Shown here in pieces: positions 17,785 to 20,000 of a stretch of 20,000 bases of DNA. The stretch's first letter is position 1. Every line of letters begins with the position of its first letter. The translations under genes were made by a program, and so were the position numbers. Location of the stretch: the sequence record DRR723986_643; one strand, written 5' to 3'. The notes beneath the pieces are model-generated. The model was not told the origin of the DNA. It was given only the letters and a program-made list of their open reading frames with translations, and ran no database searches.

Positions 17785-19134
17785 CTAAAGGCAGGCGTCG
17801 TATTCCAACGGCGTTACCTGGCGATCAAATTCGTCCATTTCCTGCTGCTTGAGCAGCACGAAAACCCGCTGGAACTCTTCGCCAAAACGTTCCCGGATGA
17901 AGTCAGAGGATTCGAACCGGGCCAGGGCATCCGGCCAGTACCGCGGCAGACTGGCGGGCACTTGCTCATAGGCATTGCCTTCAAGCGGTTCGGGGGCCTC
18001 CAGCTTGCGTTCTATCCCCTCGAGGATGCCCGCCAGCAGGGCAGCTATCACCAGGTGAGGCTGGGCGTCCGCGCCGCCCACCCGGTGCTCGATGCGGGTA
18101 GCGGCCGGCGCATCCGCCGGCACGCGCAGGGCAACCGTTCGATTTTCATAGCCCCAGGTCGGCGCCATCGGCGCATGGGTGCCGCGCTGGAAGCGCCGGT
18201 AGGAATTCTGGTTCGGTGCGAACAACAGCATCGCATCGGCCATCGTCGACAGGCAGCCGGCGATTGCCTGGCGCAGCAGCGGCGTGCCCTGCCCCGTGCC
18301 ATCGTCGAACGCATTATTGCCGTCGGCATCCAGCAGGCTGCAATGCAGGTGCATGCCGCTGCCCGCCAGTTCGCCGAAAGGTTTGGCCATGAACGTGGCA
18401 ATCAGGTCGTGACGCCTGGCGACGCCCCTGATTGCGCGCTGCAGCATAAACGCCTGGTCAGCCGCCACCAGCGCATCAGGACTGTGGTAGAGATTGATCT
18501 CGTACTGGGAGGGCGCGCTCTCCTTGATCAGGGTATCGATCGGCAACTGCTGGGCATCACAGGCGTCGCGGATTTCGTGCATCAGATCCGCCATCCCGCT
18601 CATGGTATCGATGCAATAGGTCTGCCCGGTCTGCAGCGCGCCGCCGATCCGGTCGGTCTGGGTATGGGTCGGTCGGCCCAGGGTATCGCGCTCGTCGTGC
18701 AGCAGGAAAAACTCCATTTCGCTGGCTACCACCGGCGTCAGCCCAAGGGCTGCCAGCCGGTCAATCTGGCGCTGCAGGATGCCCCGCGGATCGAGCCCGG
18801 AGGCACTGCCGTCCACCTCACTCAGGGATATCATGATCTGGCCAGTCGGCCGCGTGGCCCAGGGCACCGGGGCGAGGGTGCGGATGTCGGCCTGGCACAG
18901 ACCGTCACCGTCGCCGGAATCAAATACCCAGGCTTCCACATCCCGGCCCCAGACATCAAAGGCCTGGGCGCTGAGGGGCAGCTTCAGCCCCCCCGCCACG
19001 ACCTTCTCTATCTTGTCGCGGGTAACCCACTTCCCCCGCAAGCCGCCGGCTATATCCGGCAGGATCACGTCGAACACTTCAATATCAGGATGTGCCTCAA
19101 GAAATGCCTGTAACCGGGTCGCGCTGTTTTCCAT
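17785..19134 (-). CDS. puuA: Glutamine-synthetase-like gamma-glutamyl-polyamine (putrescine) ligase, PuuA/PauA/SpuI family
   Basis: DIAGGLRGKW; ASEMEFFL; ESAPSQYEINL; FMAKPF..LAGSGMHLH; NSYRRF; APTWGYENRT..LRVP; RIEHR. It lacks the GYEAP flap of true GlnA and sits in a polyamine gene context. Confidence 0.82.
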   Translation of the reverse strand: MENSATRLQAFLEAHPDIEVFDVILPDIAGGLRGKWVTRDKIEKVVAGGLKLPLSAQAFDVWGRDVEAWVFDSGDGDGLCQADIRTLAPVPWATRPTGQIMISLSEVDGSASGLDPRGILQRQIDRLAALGLTPVVASEMEFFLLHDERDTLGRPTHTQTDRIGGALQTGQTYCIDTMSGMADLMHEIRDACDAQQLPIDTLIKESAPSQYEINLYHSPDALVAADQAFMLQRAIRGVARRHDLIATFMAKPFGELAGSGMHLHCSLLDADGNNAFDDGTGQGTPLLRQAIAGCLSTMADAMLLFAPNQNSYRRFQRGTHAPMAPTWGYENRTVALRVPADAPAATRIEHRVGGADAQPHLVIAALLAGILEGIERKLEAPEPLEGNAYEQVPASLPRYWPDALARFESSDFIRERFGEEFQRVFVLLKQQEMDEFDRQVTPLEYDACL

Positions 19135-19239
19135 CGTGTCTTATCCGTTTTCCATCCGCTTGCGTGAGAACAAACCACCACCTTTGGGGTAATTCTTCCG
19201 CTACGGGGCTATGACACACTATTTAACTATCTCGCCACC

Positions 19240-19254
19240 TGTTCGGCTATAACA
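19240..19254. promoter_or_regulatory. Candidate operator TGTT-N7-AACA in the divergent puuA/spuC intergenic region
   Basis: TGTTCGGCTATAACA is an inverted repeat that overlaps a -10-like TATAAC (19248-19253) and loosely resembles PuuR/PauR-type sites ending in AACA. Confidence 0.35.
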
Positions 19255-19304
19255 CCTGAGGGTAGACCCGCAGCCCCGGTCGCGCCCCTCACGAGGACAT
19301 CCCA

Positions 19305-20000
19305 ATGAACATGCAAGTTGAAACCAAGAAGCTGCGCAAGCTCGACCAGTCGCACCACCTGCATCCTTTTACCGACTTTCACGACTATGCCGAGCACGGC
19401 GGTCGTATCGTCAACAAGGCCGAGCATATCTATATCTACGATTCGGACGGCCACAAAATGCTCGACGGCATGTCCGGCCTGTGGTGCTGCAATCTGGGCT
19501 ATAGCCAGAAAGCGATCGTCGAGGCGGTTTACCAGCAGATGCAGGAACTGCCTTACTACAACAACTTTTTCCGCTGCTCCAACCAGCCGGCGGTGGAACT
19601 CGCCAAGGCCCTGGTGGATGTGACCCCGGCCAGCTTCAATCACGTGTTTTTCACCAATTCCGGCTCCGAAGCAAACGACACCAACATCCGCCTGGTTCAC
19701 CGTTACTACGACCTGCTCGGGAAACCTGACAAAAAACTGTTCATCAGCCGCAAGAACGCCTACCACGGCAGCACCATCGCCGCGGGTTCGCTGGGTGGAA
19801 TGAATGGCATGCACAAACAGGTTCGCGGCCTGGACTACGTGCACCATATCAACCAGCCGCACTGGTTTGAGCTGGGCGGCGACCAGGACCCGGACGCATT
19901 CGGCCTGCAGGTAGCCCGTGAGCTCGAGGCCAAGATCGATGAACTGGGTGAGGAGAACGTGGCGGCATTCATCGCCGAGCCGGTGCAGGGCGCCGGTGGC
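19305..20000 (+). CDS. spuC: Class III PLP aminotransferase, putrescine/polyamine:pyruvate aminotransferase SpuC-like, 3' truncated
   Basis: Not in ORF track because it runs off the window. SD GAGGA then MNMQVETKKLRKLDQSHHLHPFTD..LDGMSGLWCCNLGY..QELPYYNNFF..FFTNSGSEANDT..ISRKNAYHGST..VAAFIAEPVQGAGG. Confidence 0.88.
   Translation, partial: MNMQVETKKLRKLDQSHHLHPFTDFHDYAEHGGRIVNKAEHIYIYDSDGHKMLDGMSGLWCCNLGYSQKAIVEAVYQQMQELPYYNNFFRCSNQPAVELAKALVDVTPASFNHVFFTNSGSEANDTNIRLVHRYYDLLGKPDKKLFISRKNAYHGSTIAAGSLGGMNGMHKQVRGLDYVHHINQPHWFELGGDQDPDAFGLQVARELEAKIDELGEENVAAFIAEPVQGAGG

Noticed and set aside
17785-19134. glnA glutamine synthetase
   Set aside because: It lacks the GlnA flap (GYEAP) and a recognisable adenylylation motif; its features and context match PuuA/PauA.

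Overview
GC-rich (roughly 60-65% by eye) bacterial window, almost entirely coding. Gene content suggests a marine gammaproteobacterium, possibly Halieaceae/OM60-like; that taxon call is inference only. It holds one amine/polyamine catabolic neighbourhood. Left arm (+): 3' end of a sulfotransferase, a sigma54-type promoter, a TonB-dependent receptor with an unusual Tyr/Asp/Cys-rich loop, a Tat-exported SpdH-like flavo-haem spermidine dehydrogenase, a secreted DUF861-type cupin and a COG1233 (phytoene-dehydrogenase/PYROXD2-like) FAD oxidoreductase. Converging arm (-), in transcription order: PuuA/PauA-like gamma-glutamyl-polyamine ligase, agmatinase, a cytoplasmic molybdopterin oxidoreductase, two coupled COG1233 oxidoreductases, a GcvT-family aminomethyltransferase, another COG1233 paralogue and a Na+/solute symporter that appears to start at a non-canonical ATC. 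Divergent at the right end is a SpuC-like class III aminotransferase (partial). The main candidate for an undescribed system is a TonB-fed pathway for large and/or N-methylated polyamines, with a split 'COG1233 flavoprotein + GcvT' oxidative N-demethylase. No RNA genes, mobile elements or CRISPR arrays were recognised. All family assignments come from motif recognition, not database searches.
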